DNA of 64,000 nt from Elusimicrobiota bacterium (GTDB taxonomy: Bacteria > Elusimicrobiota > Elusimicrobia > F11): positions 32,001 to 96,000 of the forward strand of contig JBGAON010000001.1 in NCBI GenBank assembly GCA_044221725.1, given 5' to 3'. Shown one piece after another: positions 9,758 to 19,194 of the stretch. The notes beneath the pieces were generated by a model, which had not been told where the DNA came from, did not search any database, and saw only the letters and a program-made list of their open reading frames with translations. Position 1 is the stretch's first letter. Every line of letters starts with the position of its first letter. The translations under genes were made by a program, and so were the position numbers.

Positions 9758-9841
9758 TTTCCGCACTCTTCGTTCTTGGGTCCCGTGCCGCATTCAGCAG
9801 CGCGGGACCGATGGGCCTGTTTTTAATACAATCCCCGGCCC

Positions 9842-11080
9842 ATGATTTCGTCTCCTCTTAAACTAAAAAATCTTCCTCCTTATATATTTGGCAGGATCAA
9901 ATCGCTAGGAATCGAAGCCGCGTCCAACCGACTTGACGTGATTGATCTTTCCATGGGGAATCCCGATCTTCCCACGCCACAACCCATCGTTGATCGGCTT
10001 ATTGATTCTGTTTCCAATCATCCGCGCACGCACCGTTATCCGCAAGCGAAAGGCATGCCGAAATTTCGCAGCGCTGTGAGTTCGTGGATGAAGAAGCGAT
10101 TCGACGTTGATCTGAACCCCGAGAGTGAAGTGTGTACGTTAATCGGGTCAAAAGAGGGAATCGCTAACTTGTGCCAAACCTATTTGCGGGCGGGCGATAT
10201 CGCGCTCGTGCCCAGTCCATGCTATCCGGTGCATTTCTTTGGCGTTGTGCTCGCACAAGCAAAACCGTATTTGCTGCCGATCAACGAAAAGAACAATTAC
10301 CTTCCGGAGCTGGAAAAGATTCCCGAAAAAGTTGCGCGCCGTGCGAAAATTCTTTTTCTTAACTATCCGAACAATCCAACGGCAGCTTGTCTGGACGACA
10401 TAAACTATCTGAAAGACGTGATTCGATTCGCGAAGAAATACGGAATTCTCGTTTGCTACGACAATGCTTATTCCGAAATTGCGTTCGATGGTTACAAGCC
10501 AATTAGTTTTTTTGAGGTGCCTGGAGCGCGGGATGTGGGACTCGAATTTCATTCCTTCTCGAAAACCTTCAACATGGCCGGGTGGCGACTCGGTTGGGCG
10601 TGCGGTTCCGAGAAACTCCTCGGTCCGATGGTGAAGTTCAAATCGTATATCGACTACGGCGCACCATCGTTCATTCAGCTTTCCGGTGTAAAAGCTCTCG
10701 AAATCTGGCCTGGCCCCGTGAAGGAATTGGTGTCCGTGTATCAGCGGCGCCGGGATTATCTTTACGATGGACTTACGAGTCTTGGCTGGAAACTTCGCAA
10801 ACCCAAAGCAACCATGTATCTCTGGGCAGAAATTCCGGAGCCTTACAAAAAAATGGGATCGCTGAGATTTTGTGAGAAGTTGATCAAGGAAACCGGCATT
10901 GCGCTTTCGCCCGGGATTGGGTTTGGCGAAGCGGGTGAAGGTTTTGTTCGTTTTGCTCTCGTGACACGCGACAGCCGTTTTTATGATTTGTTGGTGAGGC
11001 TTAAAAAATTTCAAGGCGTTTCTGGCGTAACGATTCGTGAGCCAAAGATTTCAAAGACGAACGAGAAGGCTGGCGCATGA
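9842..11080 (+). CDS. PLP-dependent class I/II aminotransferase (AlaC/DapL-like)
   Basis: DLSMGNPD, GSKEG, LNYPNNPT, DNAY and SFSKTFNMAGWRLG. Confidence 0.9.
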   Translation: MISSPLKLKNLPPYIFGRIKSLGIEAASNRLDVIDLSMGNPDLPTPQPIVDRLIDSVSNHPRTHRYPQAKGMPKFRSAVSSWMKKRFDVDLNPESEVCTLIGSKEGIANLCQTYLRAGDIALVPSPCYPVHFFGVVLAQAKPYLLPINEKNNYLPELEKIPEKVARRAKILFLNYPNNPTAACLDDINYLKDVIRFAKKYGILVCYDNAYSEIAFDGYKPISFFEVPGARDVGLEFHSFSKTFNMAGWRLGWACGSEKLLGPMVKFKSYIDYGAPSFIQLSGVKALEIWPGPVKELVSVYQRRRDYLYDGLTSLGWKLRKPKATMYLWAEIPEPYKKMGSLRFCEKLIKETGIALSPGIGFGEAGEGFVRFALVTRDSRFYDLLVRLKKFQGVSGVTIREPKISKTNEKAGA

Positions 11081-12381
11081 AAGACAAAGTAACGTTGGGC
11101 CTCATCGGATTTGGGGTGGTTGGAAGCGGCACCGTCGAACTCTTAAAAAGAAATCGGAAGGACATCGAGGCGCGCGTCGGCGCCCCGGTTCATTTGAAGT
11201 GGATTTGCAGTCGCAGCCGCAAAAAATCGCCGCTTATTGAGCGGGGCGTGAAACAAACGAAGCGTTGGAAAGAAGTGGTAACGGACCCGGAAGTTGACTG
11301 TGTCGTTGAGCTAATGGGGGGAACGGAGCCCGCTAAAGACGTTGTTTTATCCGCGCTGCAGCACGGCAAGCATGTGGTCACCGCCAACAAAGCCATTCTC
11401 TCTCAACATTGGAACGAAATCTTCAAGATCGCGACGCAACGCGGCAAGTTGGTTTATTTCGAAGCGGCGGTGGGGGGCGGTGTTCCGGTTGTTCAGGCGC
11501 TCAACGAGGGTTTGGCTGGAAATGAAATCTATAAGATTGTTGGAATTCTCAATGGAACTACGAACTTTATTTTAACGCGCATGAAAGAAAACGGTCTCAG
11601 TTTTGGCGCGGCATTGAAGCAAGCGCAAGCGGCAGGTTTCGCCGAGACGAATCCGACGTTTGACATCGACGGCACGGATGCAGCCCAGAAAGTTTCCATT
11701 CTTGGATCGCTGGCCACGGGTCAATGGATTTCTCCGGCGAATATTTATTGCGAAGGAATTGCCGATCTGCACGCGATTGATATTCGTCTCATTGAAGACC
11801 GGCTAAAAAGCACCATTAAACTTCTTGGTATAGGAGAGAAAACCGAAAAAGGTTGGATTTTTCGCGTGCATCCGACGCTTGTGCCGTTATCGCATCCGTT
11901 TGCAAACGTTCGTAACGAATACAACGCTATTTCGTTGTACGGCAACGCCGTTGGAAACGTAATGTTGTACGGCAAAGGCGCGGGCCGCTTCCCGACGTCA
12001 AGCGCGGTAATTTCGGACATCATTTTCCTGTGTCGCCAGATTGATAACGGCACCGCTGGCCAGCTTCCCTATGTAAATTGGGATCCCTCCACGAATGTTC
12101 AATTCGCGGATATGGAAAATCTCATGTGCCGGTATTACTTGCGCATCACGACACAAGATCGCCCGGGTGTTCTTGCGAAAATCACAAACATTCTCGGCAA
12201 GCACCACGTCTCGATAGCATCCGTCCACCAAGACACGTTCGAAGAGGAGAACGCTCGCAAATCCGTTCCGATCATATTGTTGACACACATGTCGCGTGAG
12301 GCGGACGTGCAAGCATCCGTGAAAGAGATTAACCGTTTGCCTTCGATTCGTGCTTCGTCTGTGCTGATTCGAATGGAATGA
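11077..12381 (+). CDS. hom: Homoserine dehydrogenase with C-terminal ACT domain
   Basis: GFGVVGSG, HVVTANK, FEAAVGGGVP, GILNGTTNFIL, GKGAG and QDRPGVLA. Confidence 0.95.
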   Translation: MKDKVTLGLIGFGVVGSGTVELLKRNRKDIEARVGAPVHLKWICSRSRKKSPLIERGVKQTKRWKEVVTDPEVDCVVELMGGTEPAKDVVLSALQHGKHVVTANKAILSQHWNEIFKIATQRGKLVYFEAAVGGGVPVVQALNEGLAGNEIYKIVGILNGTTNFILTRMKENGLSFGAALKQAQAAGFAETNPTFDIDGTDAAQKVSILGSLATGQWISPANIYCEGIADLHAIDIRLIEDRLKSTIKLLGIGEKTEKGWIFRVHPTLVPLSHPFANVRNEYNAISLYGNAVGNVMLYGKGAGRFPTSSAVISDIIFLCRQIDNGTAGQLPYVNWDPSTNVQFADMENLMCRYYLRITTQDRPGVLAKITNILGKHHVSIASVHQDTFEEENARKSVPIILLTHMSREADVQASVKEINRLPSIRASSVLIRME

Positions 12382-13451
12382 CGATGATTCAACATTGCGG
12401 AGTCATCGAACGGTATCGCGCATCGTTGCCGGTGCCTTCAGGCGCGAAGATTATTTCGTTGTGCGAAGGAGGCACGCCGCTTGTCGCGGCGCCGCGGTTG
12501 GCCGGCGCTATTGGTGCGCCCCACATTTCGCTGTATTTGAAATTGGAAGGATTGAACCCCACCGGTTCGTTTAAAGATCGTGGCATGACGCTCGCGGTGA
12601 CGGACGCGGTGGCGAACGGATCAAAAGCCATTATCTCAGCTTCGACTGGAAACACGTCGGCATCCGCGGCGGCGTACGCAGCTCGGGCAGGAATTAAATG
12701 CGTCGTGCTCATCCCTGATGGAAACATTGCGCTCGGAAAATTGTCGCAAGGACTCATGTACGGCGCACAAGTGTTGGCCATTCAGGGCAATTTTGATGAT
12801 GCGCTGGAGCTCGTCAAAGAAATTTCGCAGAAGTATCCGATCACAATGGTCAATTCGCTGAACGAGATGCGTATTGAAGGACAAAAGACCGGTGCGTTTG
12901 AAATCATAGAGGCGTTGGGTCGCGCGCCCGATTATCAATTCATGCCGGTCGGCAATGCGGGAAATATCACCGCTTATTGGAAAGGATACACCGAATATTT
13001 TGATCAGAAAAAAGTTTCCTCCAAGCCAAAGATGATGGGTTTTCAAGCAGAAGGAGCCGCGCCCATTGTGGAACGCCGGCCCATAAAGAATCCGGTAACA
13101 ATTGCCACCGCTATTAAAATTGGGAATCCCGCTTCATGGAAACGTGCGGAGGCTGCGCGTGACGAATCAGCGGGTGTCATTGATTGCGTATCGGATGAAG
13201 AAATTCTCGAAGCCTACACGCTCATGGCCCAACTCGAAGGAGTGTACTGCGAACCGGCGAGCGCCGCCGGCGTGGCGGGTCTCAAAAAATATATTTCGAA
13301 AAAGAAACTCGATTTGCCGAAAGGAACGGCAGTGGCCTGCATTATTACGGGCCACGGTTTGAAAGATCCGGATCGCGCCATCGCCGCAATGCCACGGCCC
13401 GTTTCCGTGAAAGCGGACATGAACGCGATCGCAAAAGTTCTAAATTTTTGA
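12378..13451 (+). CDS. thrC: Threonine synthase
   Basis: EGLNPTGSFKDRGM, ASTGNTSASAAAY, PVGNAGNI and TGHGLKDP. Confidence 0.95.
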   Translation: MTMIQHCGVIERYRASLPVPSGAKIISLCEGGTPLVAAPRLAGAIGAPHISLYLKLEGLNPTGSFKDRGMTLAVTDAVANGSKAIISASTGNTSASAAAYAARAGIKCVVLIPDGNIALGKLSQGLMYGAQVLAIQGNFDDALELVKEISQKYPITMVNSLNEMRIEGQKTGAFEIIEALGRAPDYQFMPVGNAGNITAYWKGYTEYFDQKKVSSKPKMMGFQAEGAAPIVERRPIKNPVTIATAIKIGNPASWKRAEAARDESAGVIDCVSDEEILEAYTLMAQLEGVYCEPASAAGVAGLKKYISKKKLDLPKGTAVACIITGHGLKDPDRAIAAMPRPVSVKADMNAIAKVLNF

Positions 13452-13452
13452 C

Positions 13453-13938
13453 ATGAGCAATCGAATGAGAGGATGGAAATCGCTTCTCGTCATCGCGCTC
13501 GTCTTAAGCCTGGGAGCGGTTCTCGCTCAGAAAGACGTTTCTGTTCAAGAGAAAATGGAAAAAGAAGAAACGCAAATTGATCAGGCGGTCTCCCAGGCCG
13601 GTGGCACAATCTCTGAAAAACTCGCGAACCTGTTTCATCAGACACCCGATTCAATTCAAAAAATGCGGGATTCCGGCCAAGGATGGGGAAAGATCACTCT
13701 AATATTTTGCATGGCCGAGGGACTTCGGGCTGGAAGTCCAAAGGAATATTCAACCTACGACGACGCTTTGAAAAAAGTCAGTAGCGACTTCAGTGAAACC
13801 TCTTCTTACGAGATGACCGCAAAAAGGCTAAAAATTGATTTGGAAACGGTGATGGCGAACGCTCGAAAGTTGCGCAGCGAGCTTCACAACGAGAAACGTT
13901 TCCCGAATGGCAAAACGCCTGCTCCGAACGTCCCGTGA
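13453..13938 (+). CDS. Hypothetical secreted protein
   Basis: Signal peptide followed by a helical body (MRDSGQGWGKI); directly follows thrC. Confidence 0.6.
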   Translation: MSNRMRGWKSLLVIALVLSLGAVLAQKDVSVQEKMEKEETQIDQAVSQAGGTISEKLANLFHQTPDSIQKMRDSGQGWGKITLIFCMAEGLRAGSPKEYSTYDDALKKVSSDFSETSSYEMTAKRLKIDLETVMANARKLRSELHNEKRFPNGKTPAPNVP

Positions 13939-14020
13939 CGCAATCACTTTTGCAGGCCGTCACGTCATCCCTCCTGTTATCTCTGTCGGTTTTTTTCCGA
14001 AACCGTTAAACTCGGCGTTC

Positions 14021-14371
14021 ATGGCACGAAAAATTCTCGTTGCGGCGCAGGTTGCCGCAACGCTTCTCTTTGTTTTGCATTACCGCGCGAACACCTCCGG
14101 CAATTGGATGGCTTGGGTGACGCCGCTGGCGATTTTGATTCTCATTGTGATCAACTCCGTTTGGTTCTCTCGCTTCGGATCGTGGCTCATATTTTCGTTG
14201 GCGTTTTTTTCTCTGTTGGTGATCTTGAGTGCTTTTACGCTACGATGGCGCTTGGAACCGGAATTCTCGGCGCGTCCTTTTTACCGCTCGCTCGGCATGT
14301 ACACACTTTTTATTTACATCAGTCTTGGGCAGATAAAAATTTTGGGAGGAGCCAATGCCGCGCAGAAATAA
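14021..14371 (+). CDS. Hypothetical small membrane protein (about 4 TM)
   Basis: Four hydrophobic segments; ATG 14021 preferred over 13907. Confidence 0.6.
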   Translation: MARKILVAAQVAATLLFVLHYRANTSGNWMAWVTPLAILILIVINSVWFSRFGSWLIFSLAFFSLLVILSAFTLRWRLEPEFSARPFYRSLGMYTLFIYISLGQIKILGGANAAQK

Positions 14372-15494
14372 TTTCTTCACTCTCGTTTTAGCCAGCATCC
14401 TCGCCTTCTCGGTTTTTTCCTGTAAACCGCGCGAAAAGAAAATCAGAATTGCGTTGGCAATGCCACTCACCGGCGATATTGCCTCGCTCGGCCAAGGGTT
14501 GAAGCGCGCAACCGCCATGGCCATTGAAGACGCCAATGCGAAACACGTAACCGATATTCCCGTTGAAATGGTTTCTTTCGATGATCGGTCGGACCCCAAA
14601 GAAGCCGTCAGTGTGGCCAACCGAATTGTTTCGGATCCGAGCATCGTCGCTGTGGTTGGCCACTTTAATTCTGGGTGTTCCATTCCGGCGTCGCGCATCT
14701 ACGCGCAAGCCGGCCTCCCGATGCTCACGCCAGCATCTTCGAATCCGGAACTTACCAATCAGCAACTCTCGCCTCAGTGGACGTGGCCCAAGTCAATTTT
14801 TCGCGCAAACACCACCGACAATGTTCAAGGAGCCTACGGCGCAGATTTCATTTTCAAAACGCTGAAACTGTCCCATGTGGCGATCATCCACGATAAGACA
14901 TCGTACGGACAAGGCGTCGCCGAGGAATTCAAAAAGCAATTCGAAAAAGATGGCGGGACCGTCGTGGCCTTTGAAGGGTTGCAGGTTGGCGATCGCGATT
15001 TCCGATCGCTGTTGACGCGTATCAAAGCGCTAAATCCGCAAGCGTTGTATTTCGGAGGAATGTTTTCAGAAGGTGGAATTCTCGTTCGGCAGACGCGCGA
15101 TGTTGGGTTTAAAGGTCCGTTCGTCGCGTGCGAGGCGAATTATGATCCGGCGTTTCTCAAAGTTGCCGGGGATTCCGCCGAAGGCGCTTACGTGACATTT
15201 CTCGGCTCGCCGCCCGACCTTCTTCCCTCCGCCAGAGCATTTGTCGCGGCCTACAAGGAACGCTATCCGAACGATGAACTAAAGGCTTACGATCACTATG
15301 GCTACGAAGGCACATCGATTATTTTGGACGCGGTTAAAAATGTTGGGCCAGACCGGGCAAAAATTATCACCTACTTGCACGGCGTCAACTACACCGGCGT
15401 GCTTGGCACGACCTCTTTTGATGAGAAGGGTGACACATTGAATAAAACGATCACGCTGTTCCAAGTCAAAAAAGGAGCTTTTGTTCCTTATTAA
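14355..15494 (+). CDS. livK: Branched-chain amino acid ABC transporter substrate-binding lipoprotein
   Basis: Lipobox-like VFSC, PLTGDIA, DDRSDP, VVGHFNSG and HDKTSYGQG. Confidence 0.9.
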   Translation: MPRRNNFFTLVLASILAFSVFSCKPREKKIRIALAMPLTGDIASLGQGLKRATAMAIEDANAKHVTDIPVEMVSFDDRSDPKEAVSVANRIVSDPSIVAVVGHFNSGCSIPASRIYAQAGLPMLTPASSNPELTNQQLSPQWTWPKSIFRANTTDNVQGAYGADFIFKTLKLSHVAIIHDKTSYGQGVAEEFKKQFEKDGGTVVAFEGLQVGDRDFRSLLTRIKALNPQALYFGGMFSEGGILVRQTRDVGFKGPFVACEANYDPAFLKVAGDSAEGAYVTFLGSPPDLLPSARAFVAAYKERYPNDELKAYDHYGYEGTSIILDAVKNVGPDRAKIITYLHGVNYTGVLGTTSFDEKGDTLNKTITLFQVKKGAFVPY

Positions 15495-16383
15495 TACGCT
15501 AGTTGAGCAATTTATTAACGGATTAACCCTCGGTGCCATTTATGCGCTTGTGGCGCTGGGTTACACGATGGTCTACGGCATTTTGCTGATGATCAATTTC
15601 GCGCATTCTGAAATTTTTATGTTGGGTGCCTTCGTCGGCTGCGGGGTTTTGCTTTTTTGCGGCAGCTTGCCCGCGCCTCTAGCGTTAGCGCTAGCCTTTG
15701 TGATCACAATGATCGTTTGCGGTTTGGCCGCTACCGCAATTGAAAAAATTGCGTACAAGCCGCTTCGCAAAGCGCCGCGGCTCGCCCCCCTCATTTCGGC
15801 CATCGGCGTTTCCATCGTGCTGCAAAATGGATTTTTTCTGTGGCGGGATGACTTCTTGGGTTTTCCGTTGCTGATTCCTGAAATGCAGCTTCACTGGGGT
15901 GTTTTCCAATTTTCCTTGATTCAACTTGTGATTCTTTCGAGCAGCTTGGCGTTGATGCTGGCGTTGTGGATCTTTGTTAATCACACGCGATTTGGCCAGG
16001 CCATTCGAGCGTGCTCACAGGACCGTGAAGCCGCCGGGCTTATGGGTATTCCCGTCAATCGTATTATCGCCATCACGTTTTTCATCGGAGCTGCTCTCGG
16101 CGGTGCTGCCGGAATTTTGTACAGCCTTTATTACGGTTCCATTAAATACAACATGGGTTTTGTGCCGGGGATGAAGGCATTTACGGCTGCGGTGCTCGGC
16201 GGCATTGGCAATATTCCGGGAGCGATGGTTGGGGGGCTGGTGCTTGGCATAGCGGAAGCCTTCGGCGCCGCGTTCTTGCCGCAAGCGGCCTGGAAAGACG
16301 TGTTTGCGTTTGGAATCCTCATTTTGGTTCTCATTATCCGCCCGTCGGGTCTTCTCGGAGAACGAACCGCCGAGAAAGTATGA
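15481..16383 (+). CDS. livH: Branched-chain amino acid ABC transporter permease
   Basis: NGLTLGAIYALVALGYTMVYG...INFAH and KAFTAAVLGGIGNIPGA. Confidence 0.93.
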   Translation: MFLINTLVEQFINGLTLGAIYALVALGYTMVYGILLMINFAHSEIFMLGAFVGCGVLLFCGSLPAPLALALAFVITMIVCGLAATAIEKIAYKPLRKAPRLAPLISAIGVSIVLQNGFFLWRDDFLGFPLLIPEMQLHWGVFQFSLIQLVILSSSLALMLALWIFVNHTRFGQAIRACSQDREAAGLMGIPVNRIIAITFFIGAALGGAAGILYSLYYGSIKYNMGFVPGMKAFTAAVLGGIGNIPGAMVGGLVLGIAEAFGAAFLPQAAWKDVFAFGILILVLIIRPSGLLGERTAEKV

Positions 16384-17363
16384 AGATTTTCCATCGCCCA
16401 TCGTTTAAAACGGTTGCGGCGATGGCGCTGTTCGCAGCGTTTGTTGGGATACCGCCGCTTCTTGTTAATTCCGAATTTTCGTACGTGTTGCGATTGCTGG
16501 GCCTGGTTGGCCTCTATATGGTTCTTGCGCTCGGCGTCAACATCGTTGTGGGGTTTCTTGGGCTTCTCGATCTCGGATTTATGGCGTTTTACGCCATCGG
16601 AGCGTATTCCATGGCGCTTCTCTCGATCGCGGGTATTGGTTTTTGGTTTGCCCTTTTGTTGTCGGTTCTTTTCACAATGGCGGTTCGCGCCATGCTCGGT
16701 GCTCCGGTTTTGCGGCTGCGCGGGGATTATTTGGCCATCGTGACCTTGGGTTTCGGCGAAATTACCCGCATCGTCGTGAACAACTGGGATTCTCTAACGA
16801 ACGGTCCGAAGGGTGTTTCGCTGCTCACAAACACAAATGTGAAGCCGGTCACCGTGTTTGGCTTCGCGCTCTCCACGAATTTGCATTTCTATTATTTGAT
16901 TTTGTTTTTTGTCGTCATCGCGATGGTCGTTAGTGTGCGATTAAAATACTCACGGATCGGTCGCGCCTGGATGGCCATACGCGAGGATGAAATGGCCGCG
17001 CGGCTTACCGGAATCCAAATTACGCGGATGAAACTGGTCGGATTTCTCGTAAGCGCCGCGTTTGCCGGCGCGGCGGGAGCCGTCTTTGCACGGTGGGAAA
17101 ATTTTGTGACGCCGGAATCTTTTACGTTTTGGGAGTCGGTGATGCTCGTCGCCATGGTGGTCATTGGCGGGATGGGATCGGTGGGCGGCACGCTGCTCGG
17201 AGCGAGCATTGTTATTCTTGTTCCCGAGCTGCTCCGAAATGTTTTGGGCGCGGAGCTCGTGAGTTGGCGTTATTTTCTTTTCGGTTTGGCCCTTGTTCTG
17301 CTCGCAATCTATCGGCCGCAAGGTCTCTGGCCGAGTCGGCGGCGCGCCGTGGAATTGAAATGA
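16380..17363 (+). CDS. livM: Branched-chain amino acid ABC transporter permease
   Basis: GLLDLG, LRLRGDYLAIVTLGFGEI and GRAWMAIREDE. Confidence 0.93.
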   Translation: MKIFHRPSFKTVAAMALFAAFVGIPPLLVNSEFSYVLRLLGLVGLYMVLALGVNIVVGFLGLLDLGFMAFYAIGAYSMALLSIAGIGFWFALLLSVLFTMAVRAMLGAPVLRLRGDYLAIVTLGFGEITRIVVNNWDSLTNGPKGVSLLTNTNVKPVTVFGFALSTNLHFYYLILFFVVIAMVVSVRLKYSRIGRAWMAIREDEMAARLTGIQITRMKLVGFLVSAAFAGAAGAVFARWENFVTPESFTFWESVMLVAMVVIGGMGSVGGTLLGASIVILVPELLRNVLGAELVSWRYFLFGLALVLLAIYRPQGLWPSRRRAVELK

Positions 17364-18154
17364 TTTTGCTCGCCACGAAAGATCTTGGCAAATCGTTCGG
17401 TGGATTGGCTGCGCTCCAAGGCGTGCAACTTTCAATTATGCCCGGCGAAATCGTCAGTTTGATTGGTCCCAACGGCGCCGGCAAAACAACTTTTTTCAAC
17501 CTGCTCACCGGTGTCTACAAGCCCGATCACGGCACGATCGAATTCTCCGGTGAGCGGATCGATGGTCGGCCGCCGCACTGGATTACGAAACGCGGACTCG
17601 CGCGCACGTTTCAAAATATTCGTCTCTTCAACGGCATGACGGTGTTGGAAAACGTCATGGTCGGCCGGCACTGTCGCACGCGTTCCGAATTGTTGCCCGC
17701 GCTGTTTCGAACGCCGGCGTTTTATCGTGAAGAACAGGAAATCACCCAGTTCGCGAAAGAAAGATTGCAGTTTGTTGGTCTGCTGGAGCATGCGAACGCG
17801 CTGGCCGGAAGTCTTCCGTACGGAGCACAGCGACGACTTGAGATTGCGCGTGCGTTGGCCACGGAGCCGCGTTTGCTGTTGTTGGACGAGCCGACGGCGG
17901 GCATGAGCCACAGCGAGTCGCTGGAAATGGTGGAGCTCATACAGCGCATCTCGCAGGAAGGTGTTACGGTTCTTTTGATTGAACACCGCATGAGCCTTGT
18001 GATGCGCGTATCGCAACGTGTTCATGTGCTTGATCACGGTGTGAAAATTGCCGAAGGAACGCCCAGCGAGATTCAATCGAACCCAAAGGTCATTGAGGCG
18101 TACCTTGGAGCGGGGCACGAGACGCCGGAGATAAGCGATCTTGGTCATGCTTGA
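17360..18154 (+). CDS. livG: Branched-chain amino acid ABC transporter ATPase
   Basis: GPNGAGKTT, ARTFQNIRLF, LPYGAQRRLEIARAL and LLLDEP; ATGA overlap with livM. Confidence 0.94.
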   Translation: MILLATKDLGKSFGGLAALQGVQLSIMPGEIVSLIGPNGAGKTTFFNLLTGVYKPDHGTIEFSGERIDGRPPHWITKRGLARTFQNIRLFNGMTVLENVMVGRHCRTRSELLPALFRTPAFYREEQEITQFAKERLQFVGLLEHANALAGSLPYGAQRRLEIARALATEPRLLLLDEPTAGMSHSESLEMVELIQRISQEGVTVLLIEHRMSLVMRVSQRVHVLDHGVKIAEGTPSEIQSNPKVIEAYLGAGHETPEISDLGHA

Positions 18155-18875
18155 AATAAACGATCTTCACGTTGGCTACGGAAAAATACGCGCGTTGCAC
18201 GGCATTGGTTTGCGCGTCGAGGAAGGCGAAGTGGTTTCGCTCATTGGTGCCAACGGTTCGGGAAAAAGCTCGTTTCTGAAAGCGTTGTCCGGACTCTTGC
18301 CCGTCGTGTCCGGTGACATTTTGTTTCAAGGCGAGCGGATCGGAGGCTTGGCGCCGCACGAAATTACTCAGAAGGGTGTGGTTCAAATTCCCGAAGGCCG
18401 CCGAATTTTTCCTTTGCTAACAGTGGAAGAGAATTTGGAGATGGGCGCATTCTTTCGCAAGGACCACAGCGCGGTCGCTGAGGACCGTGAACGGATATTC
18501 GAGAGTTTTCCGGTGCTCAAAGAGCGGCGCAAACAGCTGGGAGGAACATTGTCCGGCGGCGAACAGCAAATGCTGGCTTTTGGTCGCGCGCTTATGAGCC
18601 GCCCGAAACTTCTGGCGCTTGATGAGCCGTCCATGGGGCTTGCGCCGTTTATTGTCGATAGGGTTTTCCAGATCATTCGTGATCTGAACAAAAAAGGGAT
18701 GACCATTTTGCTCGTGGAGCAGAACGCGCGCGCCGCATTGTCCGTGGCGCAGCGGGGTTATGTGCTCGAAACCGGCGCGGTCATCCTTGAAGATACCGCG
18801 AAAAATCTTTTAACGAACGATCGCGTGAAACAGTGCTATCTTGGCGTGCAGGAGAATTTAATTACCGATAACTAG
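18147..18875 (+). CDS. livF: Branched-chain amino acid ABC transporter ATPase
   Basis: GANGSGKS, PEGRRIF, LSGGEQQM and LLVEQNA. Confidence 0.94.
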   Translation: MLEINDLHVGYGKIRALHGIGLRVEEGEVVSLIGANGSGKSSFLKALSGLLPVVSGDILFQGERIGGLAPHEITQKGVVQIPEGRRIFPLLTVEENLEMGAFFRKDHSAVAEDRERIFESFPVLKERRKQLGGTLSGGEQQMLAFGRALMSRPKLLALDEPSMGLAPFIVDRVFQIIRDLNKKGMTILLVEQNARAALSVAQRGYVLETGAVILEDTAKNLLTNDRVKQCYLGVQENLITDN

Positions 18876-18891
18876 AAACGAAGGAGTTCCA

Positions 18892-19194
18892 ATGTCTGAA
18901 CCAGACAAGAAACAACCACAGCTACAAATAGAGATCGACGACATCACGGCGCAAGGTATGTATTCCAATTTGGCGTTCATTACACATTCGGAACAAGAAT
19001 TTGTGCTGGACTTCATGTTCTTATCGCCGCAGCAACCGAAGGCCAAAGTTCGTGCGCGCATTATTACGAGCCCGAAACACGCGAAACGTTTTCTGGCCGC
19101 GTTGGCAGAGAACATTCAGCGCTACGAGTCGCGCCATGGGATTATTGCGAACGATCCCACGCCACCCAATGGGGAACCGGGCCTCTACAATTAA
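18892..19194 (+). CDS. DUF3467 family protein
   Basis: AQGMYSNLAFITHSEQEFVLDF...ARIITSPKHAKRF; SD AAGGAG. Confidence 0.85.
   Translation: MSEPDKKQPQLQIEIDDITAQGMYSNLAFITHSEQEFVLDFMFLSPQQPKAKVRARIITSPKHAKRFLAALAENIQRYESRHGIIANDPTPPNGEPGLYN

Noticed and set aside
9779..9809. SRP RNA or terminator after hup (GGTCCCG...CGGGACC)
   Set aside because: Too short, lacks the SRP GGAA-loop domain and has no adjacent U-tract; at most a weak hairpin
10148..11014. Long antisense ORFs (e.g. 10148-11014, 32809-33672, 54922-55821)
   Set aside because: They are shadows of well-supported genes on the opposite strand and carry no recognisable motifs
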